Source: the human T2T-CHM13v2.0 reference genome, Homo sapiens. From it: a stretch of 64,000 nucleotides of DNA. The translations under genes were made by a program, and so were the position numbers. Below are positions 1-17,812 of the stretch, piece after piece. The stretch lies in NCBI RefSeq assembly GCF_009914755.1, contig NC_060928.1; one strand, written 5' to 3'. The first letter of the stretch is position 1. Every line of letters starts with the position of its first letter. The notes under the pieces are model-generated. The model did not search any database and had not been told where the DNA came from. It saw only the letters and a list, made by a program, of their open reading frames with translations.

Positions 1-194
1 AATCTAAACATTCTTACAGAGTTCAAATAAAAGTATTACATGTGTAGCTAACAAGGTAAACAAGTCAAAAATCATGGCAACTTACTTAATACCTAAGAAT
101 CAAAATGGGCTTATTGTTTATCTGTAAAGAGATAAGACTGCTAAGAGAGTAGGTTATTGGCAGCTTGGTTTTGAACTCTTAAAACCAGTGACTA

Positions 195-551
<357 letters not shown>

Positions 552-748
552 TCAAAATATGTCACCATGGCATGTCAACCAATCCTCCCTAAAAATTGGT
601 TATTTGGCCCCAGACACTATTTAGCAGGTTGCTCACATCACATCTTTAAGCAATTTGAGACTATATGGGTCTGTGTATAGAACGCATCATAGTTTTTTGT
701 TTAAGTTCAGTCTTTTACAGCCTTACAAATGTTAAATGCTAAAGGCTA

Positions 749-868
<120 letters not shown>

Positions 869-1876
869 CTAAAATATAAAGAAAAAAAAACATTATAAAA
901 AACACTCCACTGGAGAAAAACCAACCAAAGCACCTAACGACAAGTCACTAGCAGACATAACAGTAGTTTTAAGTTTAGAATGTTTTTAACATAGTGTCCT
1001 ATGTATGAGAAAAATAAATTTTTATCAAGATATTCTGTACCAATCTAGGACTGTAGGTAGCTTTTGTTTTCCCACTTAATGCTGTGTAACTCACAATAAG
1101 TTGCTTTTTACAGTCACATTTTTTCATTAAAGTTATATCAACACTGAAATAGCATAAAAGGTATTGCTACCAAAAAAAAAAATCACAAAAATGCAAGATG
1201 AACCACTCCATGTAAATACATAAACAAAATTAAAAGCCATCTTCATCTTAGACAAGAATACATAACACATAATTTCTGAAAATCTAATTTGCTATCCTTC
1301 AAATGTAACAGTGCTCAGTAGTATTGCCTAAATCTCTGCCCATAACCTTAAAATCAGTATTTTTATAGTTCAAAGTATAAAAATTAGCTTGCTCTAACAC
1401 CTGAAATTGCTACCTGTAAGGTTAAAATGCATGTTAAAAAAATGACAGAAACTTATAGGAACTTGTATGTAGCATCTCAAATAGTTAAAGTCCTTTAGCT
1501 CCCTACTGTTCTTCCTTATGAGAAAAATATGCATTTGAAGTATTGGTCCCAACGATTTTCCTTAACTAGGGGTCTGGGAGTAATAGGACAGTTTAAGATG
1601 CCTCCCAAAAGTTTCTGCCAACTGCTGAATTAAACATATAATTATTTTTAAAACAAAATTACATCGGCGTCTGCTATTACCTTTTCCTCAAGACAACAGC
1701 ATTTTCAGTATTCCCAACCTCTTCAGACCTTCTACTACCCAAATATTTATGGTCCAAGGAGAGACAAATATATGAGCCTACAAAGGATGCTGAAAACACC
1801 CAACAGGATATGGAGAACATGTCCTCAACTCAGAAAGCTAGTAATTTCAGTCCCATCTTTAAAGATGGTCATCTCC

Positions 1877-2572
<696 letters not shown>

Positions 2573-2832
2573 GCTTCTTTCAAAAATGACAATTTAATGT
2601 AAATGATTTCAGCCACTGTAACCAAAAGGAATATTAACTCCTATGCTAACAGTTTAACCAAGTTTGCCTGCCTCTTCCTAAATTCTGTTTTCCTCTATGT
2701 CAATGTCCTATTTCCCTCAAGATGAAGTTGCTTACCATATTCTAGAATTCTACTAGTTATAAAATGAATATTTTTAACTCTCTCCAGGTTTTGTTGTTAT
2801 TTATATGTATTTACTCCTATAAAGTCTGTATC

Positions 2833-2995
2833 TTTTATTTTTTTAGAGAGACACAGTCTTACTCTATTGCCCAGGCTGGAGTGCAGTGGCACAATCATAG
2901 CTCACTGTAACCTCAAATTCCTAGGCTCAAGTGATCCTCCTGCCTCAGCCTCCCAAGCAGCTGAGACTACAGGCACGCCAGTGCCCAAGGCCCAT
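2833..2995 (-). mobile_element. Alu monomer/fragment
   Basis: Single antisense arm with T-rich tail. Confidence 0.8.
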
Positions 2996-4467
2996 ATCTT
3001 AACTTACTTTTACATCACCCAAAGAACCAAGCACAGTGCTATTAGACACAGATGTTCAGTAACTATTTGTTCATTTAAATTAAATTACATTTTTAGTTCT
3101 CTGACCCAAAACATGCAGGATAATGTTCTATGTCTGACAAAGATACGTAAGTGACAGCCCTGAGACCACCGCTATCTGTATTTGGGGTTTAATTCTATAT
3201 AATAATTTGATGCAAAATGTGATGCTGAAAAAGGCAGTTATTTAGAAACTTCAACTAAGGGGGTCTAAAGGCATACTTCAGTATGAATATAAACAGAATT
3301 AGAGAATAAACGTACTCTGTCAAAGTTTAATAAAGTGAGTGTATTACTGGCAATTAATAAAAACACTAAATGCACCTTTATTACAAAATTTAAGAAAAAC
3401 CTTAGACTCATTCAATCCAAATGTTATCAAAGAACTTGAGGCCCTGGTCTTGACTGATTTAAATTCTTTTCAAAACAGATTATCAAAACACGAGTAACTA
3501 CAAGTAGCAAAATAAAGTTCTTCCTTATTCTTTAAGGATGAAAATTAAAAACAGATAAAGTTAAATATTAATAATTTCCAACATCTTACAAATAATTCAT
3601 GCCATTGATTTAGGAATCTGACTTTAAGTAGATATCTGATGATGCCAGTTTAAGAAAAATACAAGAACAAAAAGCTAACACTGTCCCTTTCAGTAACTGA
3701 TTGACATATGTTAACTAAGTCAGCTGCATACTTATAATTCTTCAGGTCTCCAGTTTCATGATTAAAACTAGTTTTTCTGAACAGATAACATGGCCAATAT
3801 GCCACACAGTAGAGGGCCTTAAAATTAATTCCATGCAACCAGAAAGTATGATCAAATGACAAACCCACAAATGAAGGTCAAACAGAATATGAAGTAAGTA
3901 CAGAACCATCAAATCAAGTCAATAAAAGCAGGTATAACCACAAATAATAAGCCCTTCAATTAAACATAAGCTTTGTAGGTGAACTAGTCAATTTCCAGAC
4001 AAAATATTTTATTCAAGAAATTAACTTACCTACTTCTAAGTTAATGCCTACCAATACCCTGGAATTAACTTCCTTTTATCAATAATCTATGTTCAAAGTA
4101 CAAGGAAATGAATACTACACAAAAGTAACAAACTAAAATTGAAGGATTATTAAATCAAGTAGAAATATCATGAATCCATTTTAAGTATAGCCTAAAGACA
4201 TTAGAACGTTCTTTTAAAGTTTAAATTCTAAACATTTAAAATTTTTGTTTTATTAAAGGGGTGGCATAGGAAATACAACTTCATTTCCTACAACTAACTT
4301 TGAAAATATATTTAAGGCAAACTACTTGAGATAAATATGAAGGTATTTTTCTGGGCAAGAGACTAGGATTTAATCAGGCATGTCTTAAGAGTCCTCTTTG
4401 ATGCAAATACAGATAAGATACATGACTCTGCAGCAAGGTGCTGGAGAATTGCATAAGGTTTACATGA

Positions 4468-4774
<307 letters not shown>

Positions 4775-6097
4775 TTACATGAGCCACATATGGACTCATG
4801 TCCCACTGCATGACTTCAAAGCCCAACCCTACTATGTACATAAATGTCTGTGAGTTACTCTAGACCTCAATTTTTTGATCTCTAAAACAGAAACAATAGT
4901 ACCCACCCTGACAGGGTGGTTGTGAGGATTCACTGAAAATGAACAAAAAGTGCTTCACACAATGCTTGGCGCATATCAAAGGCATAAGCACTAGCTATTT
5001 TAACTTTTAACTGTTTAAACTCTCTGAAATGAAATAATCCAAAGGTTCCAAATCCAAATCTGATAGGAAATGAAGATTCCAAAAGAAGGGCCAAAAGTTA
5101 TTTATTGGGTCTTCATATGGGTAGAAAAGCACAAAACAATACTGCACAAACTAATTTCCTTTGTTAAGATGGAACTCTGGGTGACCATCTTACATAAGGG
5201 TAACCACGCATTGCCTGAATACCCAAATGAAAAAAAAAAAAAAGTATCACGGGCGTATTCTACTTTTATGTAGCTGATTATGTGTCCCAACACCAAAAAA
5301 CTAAAAATTACTACTTTTAAAACCTCAAAATTTCACTGCTTAGAACATATAAAAGATACATTTATATACTAACATTTCAAACATAAATTTTCTAGTGGAA
5401 TGAAGTTTAATGCAAAATGTAGGGAAAAAATTGGACACCCTTTATATGCTGATAAACTTAATTAGAATTTAGTTCATTCTAAACTAAATCTAACAAACTT
5501 CTTAGGTAGGCAGTGTCTTATTTTCACATTTTTGAAAGCTCTGAAATGGGTAAGATGACAAACAGACAAAAAGCAGAATACTAGAATGATCAGTTAAGGT
5601 GAACACTACAGTCATAAGTTGGTACAGGCTTCAATTAAGTGGTGTGAACCACTTACACACTGAGAGCTTAGGCAGCGTATGTTAAAAAGTTTCCTGGTTT
5701 TTTTTTTTTTTGCTTTAAAAAAAAAAAAAAAAACAAAAACGATTCTTTATTACGCCACACTACTTTGTGCCTCTCCGAATTTCTTACCTAAAATATTTTT
5801 GCTAAATAGAATTTGAAGCTTTTGAAAAAGGAACATTCTTTTTGTTATTTTAAGAAGCCTTTTAAATGACAATATTATATACTGGTAAAAACCAACTTAA
5901 TCTGTATTTCACACACCCAAACCCCAAATACCACCTATGTAGATGATGAATGGAGATTTGACATTTAAAGTGGGTGCACTGACATATAATACAAGTTTTT
6001 TGTATATTTAATCCATAATTTCTGATTGACTCATTTTTAAAAGTATTTTAAAAATAAGCAATTGGCAATGTAACAAGGATACAATCCAATGTGTTCA

Positions 6098-6262
<165 letters not shown>

Positions 6263-7126
6263 CTATAGGGAAACTTCCAAATATATATTTTCTTTTCATT
6301 TCTAAACTATTGCTCTATATTGGAAGACTCCTAAAAGAAAGGCACACACACACATGCCAGTCTATGTGCCAGCTTTCAAAATCTCATTATGCAAGCTTAT
6401 TTATAACTTTTGTCTGACTACTAAGTAAAACCATAAGCAAGTTCCTACGTACTCTAAGTAGATGAGCAAGTGGCAAACAAAACCACTAACAAACATGCTA
6501 GAAAAACCTGAACCTAATAGAAACAATTTATTTCCCCTTTGGGGGTAAGATAGGGTGTGTGATGGTGTTAACGGGAGAGGGAAGGATAGGAAAGAAGAGA
6601 GTATTAGCTGGAAACTCTGACATTCACAAATTGAACAAAGAATCTCCTCCTATCACCACTCAAATATACTTTAACCTTTGACTTTGAAGAAAGATAAAAG
6701 AAGTTTCAGGTAGGCTTACATGATACACTAAGGATGTCACTCATCTTTCCAAGATAGTTTAATTGGTGTAGAAAGGAAACTGATCCCATTTAAACCACAA
6801 ACAACAGGTATCTCTTCTTTTAATTATAGACCAACTTGTTTAAGTTGGGAAACTGCATGATTCCTGGTGCATCTGTGCTCAGAGAATTTAATACAGAATG
6901 AAAGAACAACTGACAGCTCTATACATGGATCCAAATAACTTCATATAAGTTACTAAACAATGCATACAGACAAGGATTCATCTTAAGTTATAAGTTTCAC
7001 TCTTAGAGGGGTATTTTGCGGGGCAGGGAAACAATAACATTTTCTCAGGTAACAAACAAACCCCACAGCTTCTTTCATATACATAAAATAATTTACTAAA
7101 CAATTTAACATAATAGAAAAAGGTCA

Positions 7127-7387
<261 letters not shown>

Positions 7388-7893
7388 TTAGTTCACTTTT
7401 TAGTAGGAGTTCAAGTAAGAAAAAATTCAATTTCTCTCTAATCCAATGGGTGTAACTAGTTATATGCCAATAACTTGTTCTAGATCTACAAAGTATTCAA
7501 AGCAAAATTCCAAAAAGAGCTATAAGACAGAAGGAATAATACTCTCAAGTAGCAGTTCTTTAATCCCACCATTTCAAAACTGAATTACTAAGAATGTTTA
7601 CTTTAGTGCTAACTATAAACCTTATCTTTTATAAAAATAAAATGCTTACTCTGTGTTGTCTTCAACACTCTACATTATCAGTAAGGAACCACTGTTTTGG
7701 TGCAAGCCATGTTCAATTTTTGTATTAAATAAAACCATTCTTTCCAAATTTCTTGCATATACACAATAGGTACTCAAATACTGACATAATAGGTGGTTTT
7801 ATCAAGAATTTACTTTCAACAATAATTCTAGGAACAGAAACCACCTTGCTGACATAGTTCAGACCAAATTTAACCTTGCAAATAGTATGCTTA

Positions 7894-8037
<144 letters not shown>

Positions 8038-8090
8038 TCACAATTTCTAACGGACATATTTTTAACATGTTTAAGGAAGTGGTATGATAG

Positions 8091-8434
<344 letters not shown>

Positions 8435-9030
8435 TAATAACAAAGGCATTCAACTACAATATCCCCTGTTCTCTCAAAAACTGGAGAGCAAGGATGAAGT
8501 TTAATATTTATTGTACTCTATTAGAAAAAAACAAATCTTTCAGTAAAAGGAAAAAAGTTATATTAAAGCCACAATTTAGCTTCCTTTGTAACATATATTT
8601 AATAGAGCAATAATGATAAAGAAACTAACCACTGTACATCAATGGAAGATCAATTAAATAATTACGGCATAGCCACAACATAGACAGCCAACAAAGACAT
8701 ATTATTACATTAAAAAAAAGGAAGCTTTGAGTCAGTGTAATTCCACATTTATAAAAATACATGTTGCCAAGTATAGAATCCAAAAACCTTCTCCAATAGG
8801 CACCAAACTTGGTTATCTACAGAGGATGAGACTGAGGGGAACCTTTTTCCTTGACATCCAAATTTTGTATATTTTCAAACAATGGACATCTTTTTGTAAC
8901 AACGACAACAACAACAAAACCATGAAAAAAGGATGTTTGACACAGTTACAATAAAGCAGCAAATTTCCGTAGATGTCATACTTATAGAAATTAGTCCATA
9001 AAGAGTACCAACAGAACCCTTCTATCTTCA

Positions 9031-9141
<111 letters not shown>

Positions 9142-9320
9142 CTATAGGAAACAACATTTATTCCATAAATATCCAGAAATCTGGTATTATATAAAAGAGC
9201 AAATTACATGGCATACACAATTTCTCATTTTAATACTAGAGATCTTGACTCAATATAATTTTCCAATGCTGAACATGCTATGATGTTTATATAAAATAAA
9301 AAGGTCACTCAAAAAAACAT

Positions 9321-9357
9321 AATAGCAAAACTCGCAATTACTTTTGCACCAACCTAG
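9321..9357 (+). mobile_element. MADE1 / Hsmar1 mariner terminal inverted repeat (half element)
   Basis: AATAGCAAAACTCGCAATTACTTTTGCACCAACCTAG matches one MADE1 arm. Confidence 0.85.
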
Positions 9358-9566
9358 TAGAACTCAAGAAACAGCTATTTAATAGAAAAGAAACCAAAAG
9401 AACTCTTCTATTTTGTTTTCAAATGTAACCTTTCAAATATACCAATATATTTTTTGTATTAATGTAATCTTAATCATCTATTTACAAACTTGTATCAGTA
9501 TTTGATTTTTAATTCCAAATAGTCAAAGCACATGTACACACACGCACTCACTCAAACAACAGGTCA

Positions 9567-9902
<336 letters not shown>

Positions 9903-10575
9903 TTACCTACACAATAATATTACCTACCCTCATTGATTTCCTTACAACTCTGCAATATTAACTAATCTTCCTGAACTGAATCCAACGACCATGCTGTGCA
10001 TCACTGCCAGAATGATGTTCCTAAAGAAGAAATCACAATAGCTCTCCAATATTGTGCAGTAATCTGGGCTTTATACAGCTTTCTCCCACTTTTCTGTAGT
10101 AAGTATTTGGTCATTCTCACAAATTGTGTTGACGGCTCCTTGAACTTACACATAATTTTACTGTGTGTTTGCTGATGCTATTTTTTGTCTACTTATAATT
10201 CCTTATTTGGTAAGGCCAAATCTTGTGGTCTCACATCCTCTACACAAAGTCTTCCTTCCCTGTTAGGCCATAGGAAACATACATTTCTGTGCATTCCTAT
10301 AGCATAGGGTTTAGCTCAGATTTGTATAAACTTAATACACTGTCTCAACTATCTCATGTATAAAATACATCAATGATATAAAACATACCATTTTCTCCTT
10401 TGTAGCCATCGTAATATAACACCATGTTTCATACAAAAATGATGTTTAAGAACTCAAGCATGTTTGACAATTATTGTCAAACTGAACAACTATTGACAAT
10501 TTATGCTGACAATTACTGTCAAACATAAATTTCAGTTACCAATAACAATCATATTGGGGAAAAAAAAAAAAAGCC

Positions 10576-10888
<313 letters not shown>

Positions 10889-10969
10889 GCCATGGACACA
10901 AGAAGGCTATTTTTTAAAATCTCCATCTTAACACAAAATTTCTAAACTACATATGAAATTGATACTTAC

Positions 10970-11051
10970 ATTTTGGCCATAAACAGCTTCCTGGGGCTTT
11001 CCACTAGCATCTACTCCACCATGAACATAGGAAGAATTCCTGCCATAAAAC
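10970..11051 (-). CDS. G3BP2: G3BP2 coding exon 2 ([27 protein letters not shown]), NTF2-like domain
   Basis: TTTTGCAG acceptor, AAT|GTAAGT donor, 82 nt. Confidence 0.97.
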
Positions 11052-11094
11052 CTGCAAAACCATAATTAATGATTAACACTGAATTGTCAAGAGA

Positions 11095-12740
11095 AGCCTA
11101 AGAAGCAGAATTCTGGTGTCATAGACTAGGTTCCGGATCCCGCTCTGTCACTAATTAGTTGCGTGATCTTGGACAGGTAAGTTACTTAAGGTCTTCAAGT
11201 TCAGCTTCCTTGGTTATAAAACAGGAACAGGAACTACTCCATATGGTTGTTGTAAGGATTAAATGACTAATGCACATAGAATGCTTAGTTTATCTGGCAC
11301 AGTAAGTAGACAATCATTAGATATTCACATCTATTTTTTGTTAAGTGGAAAAATCGGATATTTTTGATGATTTAGTACATTCTAAATACAGATGCTATAG
11401 TAATTGACCCTGTTTTTTTCTTCAGATACAAAGACTCAGCTACCTAGATTTGTTTGGGAATCAGAGTTTAATACTGTATCCAGATCTCCAAATGATTACT
11501 AACTCTAAAGGCTTAAACTGTTTAGATTTAAAATAACTGAAATAATTCAGAGACCAAGTCTAAAATCCAAAATTACGCCAGCATCTAATTTCTTTTTAAT
11601 ATTTTTGTACTGTTCTTAAGTATGTGTAAATTAGTCTTTTATTGGCATTATCCAAAGCAATTAGAATTAACATCTTTCTAAATTAAGCTCAAAGATGTGA
11701 AGCTAATTTTTTCACAATGAAAACACAACTCCTATAGTAATAAAACATGTAAGAGCTTCCTTTATGCTAAGCAATGTTTTTAGTGTATTATGTGTACTGA
11801 TTCACTTAACTTTCTTAACAATCTCATGAAGTGCTATTATCTAAATAAACAAGCTGAGGTTCAGAAGAGGTTAAATTAACTCCCCTAAGGTAATATACCT
11901 ATCAAGTGGGGCACCCAAGATAAGAACCTAGTCAGTCTAACTTGAGAGTCCATGCTTTTAACCACTACTCTTATCATTAAACTATTTTCTCTCATGTACT
12001 ACTGGCAATGTTTTCTACAGAACAGTTTGGCTGTGTGTGTATACACATGAAAAGCCTCAGAATGATCATCTCTTTGATGCATTAATTCTTCCAGGAAAGT
12101 ATCTTAAGAAAATAACTAACTAGCAACGTGCACAAATAATGCATGTTTCAGGATATTCATTAGTGTTGCTTACCACAAGTGGAAAATTATAACAACCTGA
12201 ATTTTCATTAAGAAAGAAATTGGTCAAATAAGCTAGGTCTAAAACAGAAGTCAGTTACTGTTTAAACATGATGGTGTAGGGCCTTATTGTTTTAAAATTT
12301 GTTCTTGGTCACTAAAGAAAACAAAAAACCCTGTATCATGAAAAGACCAAATTTCAGATATCAAAAGGCCCTATTAATTATTTATCTTCCCCCAAACTCC
12401 CTCACATACATTGTCATAAAAAAATCTTTATTTTTACAATTAGAGAATGACATGCAGTTATTCATTTTGCATTTATTTGAGGGGAAGATACATGTTAGTT
12501 ACACTTTATATATATACTACATTCTAATAGAATGGTTGGGGACACTACTCAAAACTGGGCCTGAATACTGGCTATGGTTAGCTTGTTTACTTACTGAGTG
12601 ATCCTAGATGAATTACTAACCTCAACTGTCTAATAGGTAGAGAGCTAATAAAAGTAACTTCACTTTAAGACTGTCATAAGGAATACATAATATACATACG
12701 TAAAGTAATTACAAATAGAGCCAAGCAAACAGTAAATATA
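11095..12740. mobile_element. Several MIR remnants (~11095-11330, ~11750-11970, ~12555-12740)
   Basis: Degenerate MIR core motifs such as GTTGTTGTAAGGATTAAATGA and AAGCTGAGGTTCAGA-GAGGTTAA. Confidence 0.6.
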
Positions 12741-13268
12741 AAAATGCCTCAAGTAAGACAGATTACACGTATGTTCAACAGAGCAAGACAAATTGCTACT
12801 AAAATGCTAATTAAGATGACCTACAGATAAAGGAATTTAAGTCTTTTAAACAGCCTTTCTCACAGTAAGTGGCAATATATTTATCCTTAACCCATCTGGC
12901 CAGTGTGTTCTGCAATACTTACAAAGTCTAATTCTTGTAAGAGTTTCACCTATCTTCTACTTGCTAAGATACACCAAGAAGAACAAAAATTAAATACTAC
13001 ACATAATATAAATCAATTTCACTTCAATCTCTGGAAAAAACAAGCCTACAGATGTCCACTTCTTGTTAAAACAGTAAATAAGGTTATTGCTGCTGTTTTA
13101 CAAAGGAATACTATTTTACAGATTAGAAGAAATACAAATTTTCACAGTATAATCATTTAACTGATTCATCCCCCAACACTGTTTGGGAGAACTTTAAAAA
13201 AAAGATTTAAGCTGTTGATTTCAAATTGCATATTGGAACCCATTAGTTGGTCAAACCCAAGATATGGT

Positions 13269-13795
13269 CTTTTGAGACGAAGCCTCACTCTGTCACCCAG
13301 GCTGGAGTGCAGTGGCACGATGCTCGCTCACTGCAGCCTCCACCTCCCAGATTCAAGCAATTCTCCTGACTCAGCCTCCTAAGTAGATACAACTACAGGC
13401 GCCTGCCACACACCCGGCTAATTTTTGTATTTTTAGCAGAGACGAGGCTTCACCATGTTGGCCAGGCTGGTCTCAAACTCCTGACCCTCAAGTGATCCAC
13501 CTGCCTCAGCCTCCCAAAGCGTTGGGATTACATGAGTGAGAGAGCCACTGTGTCCAGCCTCATGTAAACCTTATATAGTTCTCCAGCACCTGCCCCCAAA
13601 GTTTGTTTTTTTTTTTTTTTAATGAAATAAAGGTCGGGCTTGGTGGCTCATGCCTGTAATCCCAGTACTTTGGGAATGCAAGCTGCAAGCTGGGAGATCG
13701 CTTGAGGCCAAAAGTTTGAGGCCACAGTGGGCTATGATCATATCACTGCACTCCACCCTGAGTGACAGAGGAGACCATGACTCTAAAAATAAAAT
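13269..13795. mobile_element. Antisense Alu (~13269-13559) plus sense Alu monomer (~13632-13795)
   Basis: Alu consensus. Confidence 0.9.
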
Positions 13796-14056
13796 ACTAG
13801 AGTACATATAAGAATAAGCGTGTGCATATATAGATATGAATGTGTTATGTACCAGAATATGACATAAAATGTTTTTATTACTGTGAGTTGCAGTTAAAAA
13901 CACTTTTTGCCATCAAATGAATAAAATATTGAATACAGTTTAGACATGTTTACAAAGATACTGTCAGATAATGAGGAGACAGGAAATGCAAAATATATAT
14001 AGTCATACCCAAGAAAAAAAGTAGATAAAAATACCAAATTATTTGTTTAAAATTTA

Positions 14057-14200
<144 letters not shown>

Positions 14201-14252
14201 CTATTAAAAAGTCATCTTTGTCATCAACCACCATGAAATAAATTTTCTTTTT

Positions 14253-14340
14253 AGCCAAATTTAGCAGTGGGGAGTTGTATACCAATTTTAGTGACACTAA
14301 TGTTAATAAGTTCTGATAACCCACTACCATCAGACTAACC
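14253..14340 (-). pseudogene. Y4 RNA (RNY4-like) retropseudogene
   Basis: Minus strand GGTTAGTCTGATGGTAGTGGGTTATCAGAACTTATTAACATTAGTGTCACTAAAATTGGTATACAACTCCCCACTGCTAAATTTGGCT closely follows hY4; short A tail; 16-bp TSD at 14234-14249 and 14654-14669. Confidence 0.93.
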
Positions 14341-14343
14341 TGA

Positions 14344-14658
<315 letters not shown>

Positions 14659-15387
14659 TAAATTTTCTTAGTCATACAAATGGGAACAAAATTAATGCCA
14701 CTATTAAAAAGCAACTTACAACAAATAGCAAAACAATACATTCCTAACTACTACTATCCATAAGGTAACCTCCAACATTTGTGTCTCCCTTTCTCTCTCT
14801 TTCTTGATTTCCCTACCCTTCGGTAAAGGGAAATAGCATCTTTGTTCAATTTCTTATCCCCAGGAGGTCCAATGCTGCCTCAGACTACGTACAAGTCCTT
14901 CTATTCACAGTGCCTTTTTCCTTTGGGGACCAAAATCTACTACATTCCTGGATTCCAGTGGTTTTATCCTAGGAAGCAAGACAGAGGGCCCAAGTTAAGA
15001 CTCAGAGATAACACTCATGGCAAAGCACCATGACTTGTGTTTTTGTATTCTCTTTCCTTCTGGGAATTAATTTCACCATTTTCAAAATGGTAACAATGAT
15101 TAATCACCAGCTATAACTTCAGTACTTAGAGAGAATCATTTTTTACCTTTGATATTATGTCTCTCTTTCTTTCCACTAATTAAGCATCTAACTACATGAG
15201 ATACTGTTTATAATAAATGAAATACTCTAGTGAACAAGATAAGTCTCTAGCCCTCAAGGAGTTTATAGTCTGTCAAGAAATATAAACAAGCAAACTGGAA
15301 ACTTAACAGAATGGGTTAGGTGCTATGATAATGTGCCTCAAAGTTAAAACCAACAAGAACAACTAACATGAAATAAATACAATTTCC

Positions 15388-17139
<1,752 letters not shown>

Positions 17140-17593
17140 GTCAATTTCCATGTGTGTTTACTTTAAATAACTAAAACAATTTCAGAGACAGCCCTGCATA
17201 GGTCATTAAAATTGTGATGCTGTTTTTAATAAAAATCAAATACCAACTATAGTAGAGCTTACAGATAGAGTGTAGCTTTACATAATTCTAGTGACTCACA
17301 ATTCAACTTCTACATTATGTTTTTAGGTTCCTTGTTTCTTCCTTTCCAACAAACTATCCCTCCTCTAACTGTCCTTCTTAAACTCTCAAACTTGATTTAC
17401 AAAAATCCCCAAATCTGTTTAAAATTTTTTATAATGCCTCACTTGCTTTCAAAAATAGTTAATTCACAAAGAGCAGATCCAAATACTGCCATTTCAGGTG
17501 TCATTGATTTTCCAGAAAACTTAAAACTCCCAATAAGGGTAACAACCCTAGTGCAAAAAGGACTCACATATGCTACATTTAAAGTAACAAAGC

Positions 17594-17740
17594 ACTGGGC
17601 TGTGGCTCACGCCTGTAATCCCAGCACTTTGGGACGTCGAAGTGGGCAGACTGCTTGAGCTTAGGAGCTGAAGACCAGCCTGGGCAACAAGGCAAAACCC
17701 CATCTAAAATTAGCCAGACATGGTGGTGCACACCTGTAGT
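17594..17740 (+). mobile_element. Truncated Alu running into a CA microsatellite
   Basis: Left arm plus start of right arm. Confidence 0.85.
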
Positions 17741-17780
17741 CACAAACACACAAACACACACACACACACAAACACACAAA

Positions 17781-17812
<32 letters not shown>
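17741..17812. repeat. (CA)n/(CAAA) compound microsatellite
   Basis: Read directly; perfect (CA)14 at 17785-17812. Confidence 0.97.

Noticed and set aside
4903-4919. CCACCCTG-A-CAGGGTGG palindrome
   Set aside because: Short and inside a MIR remnant; expected by chance
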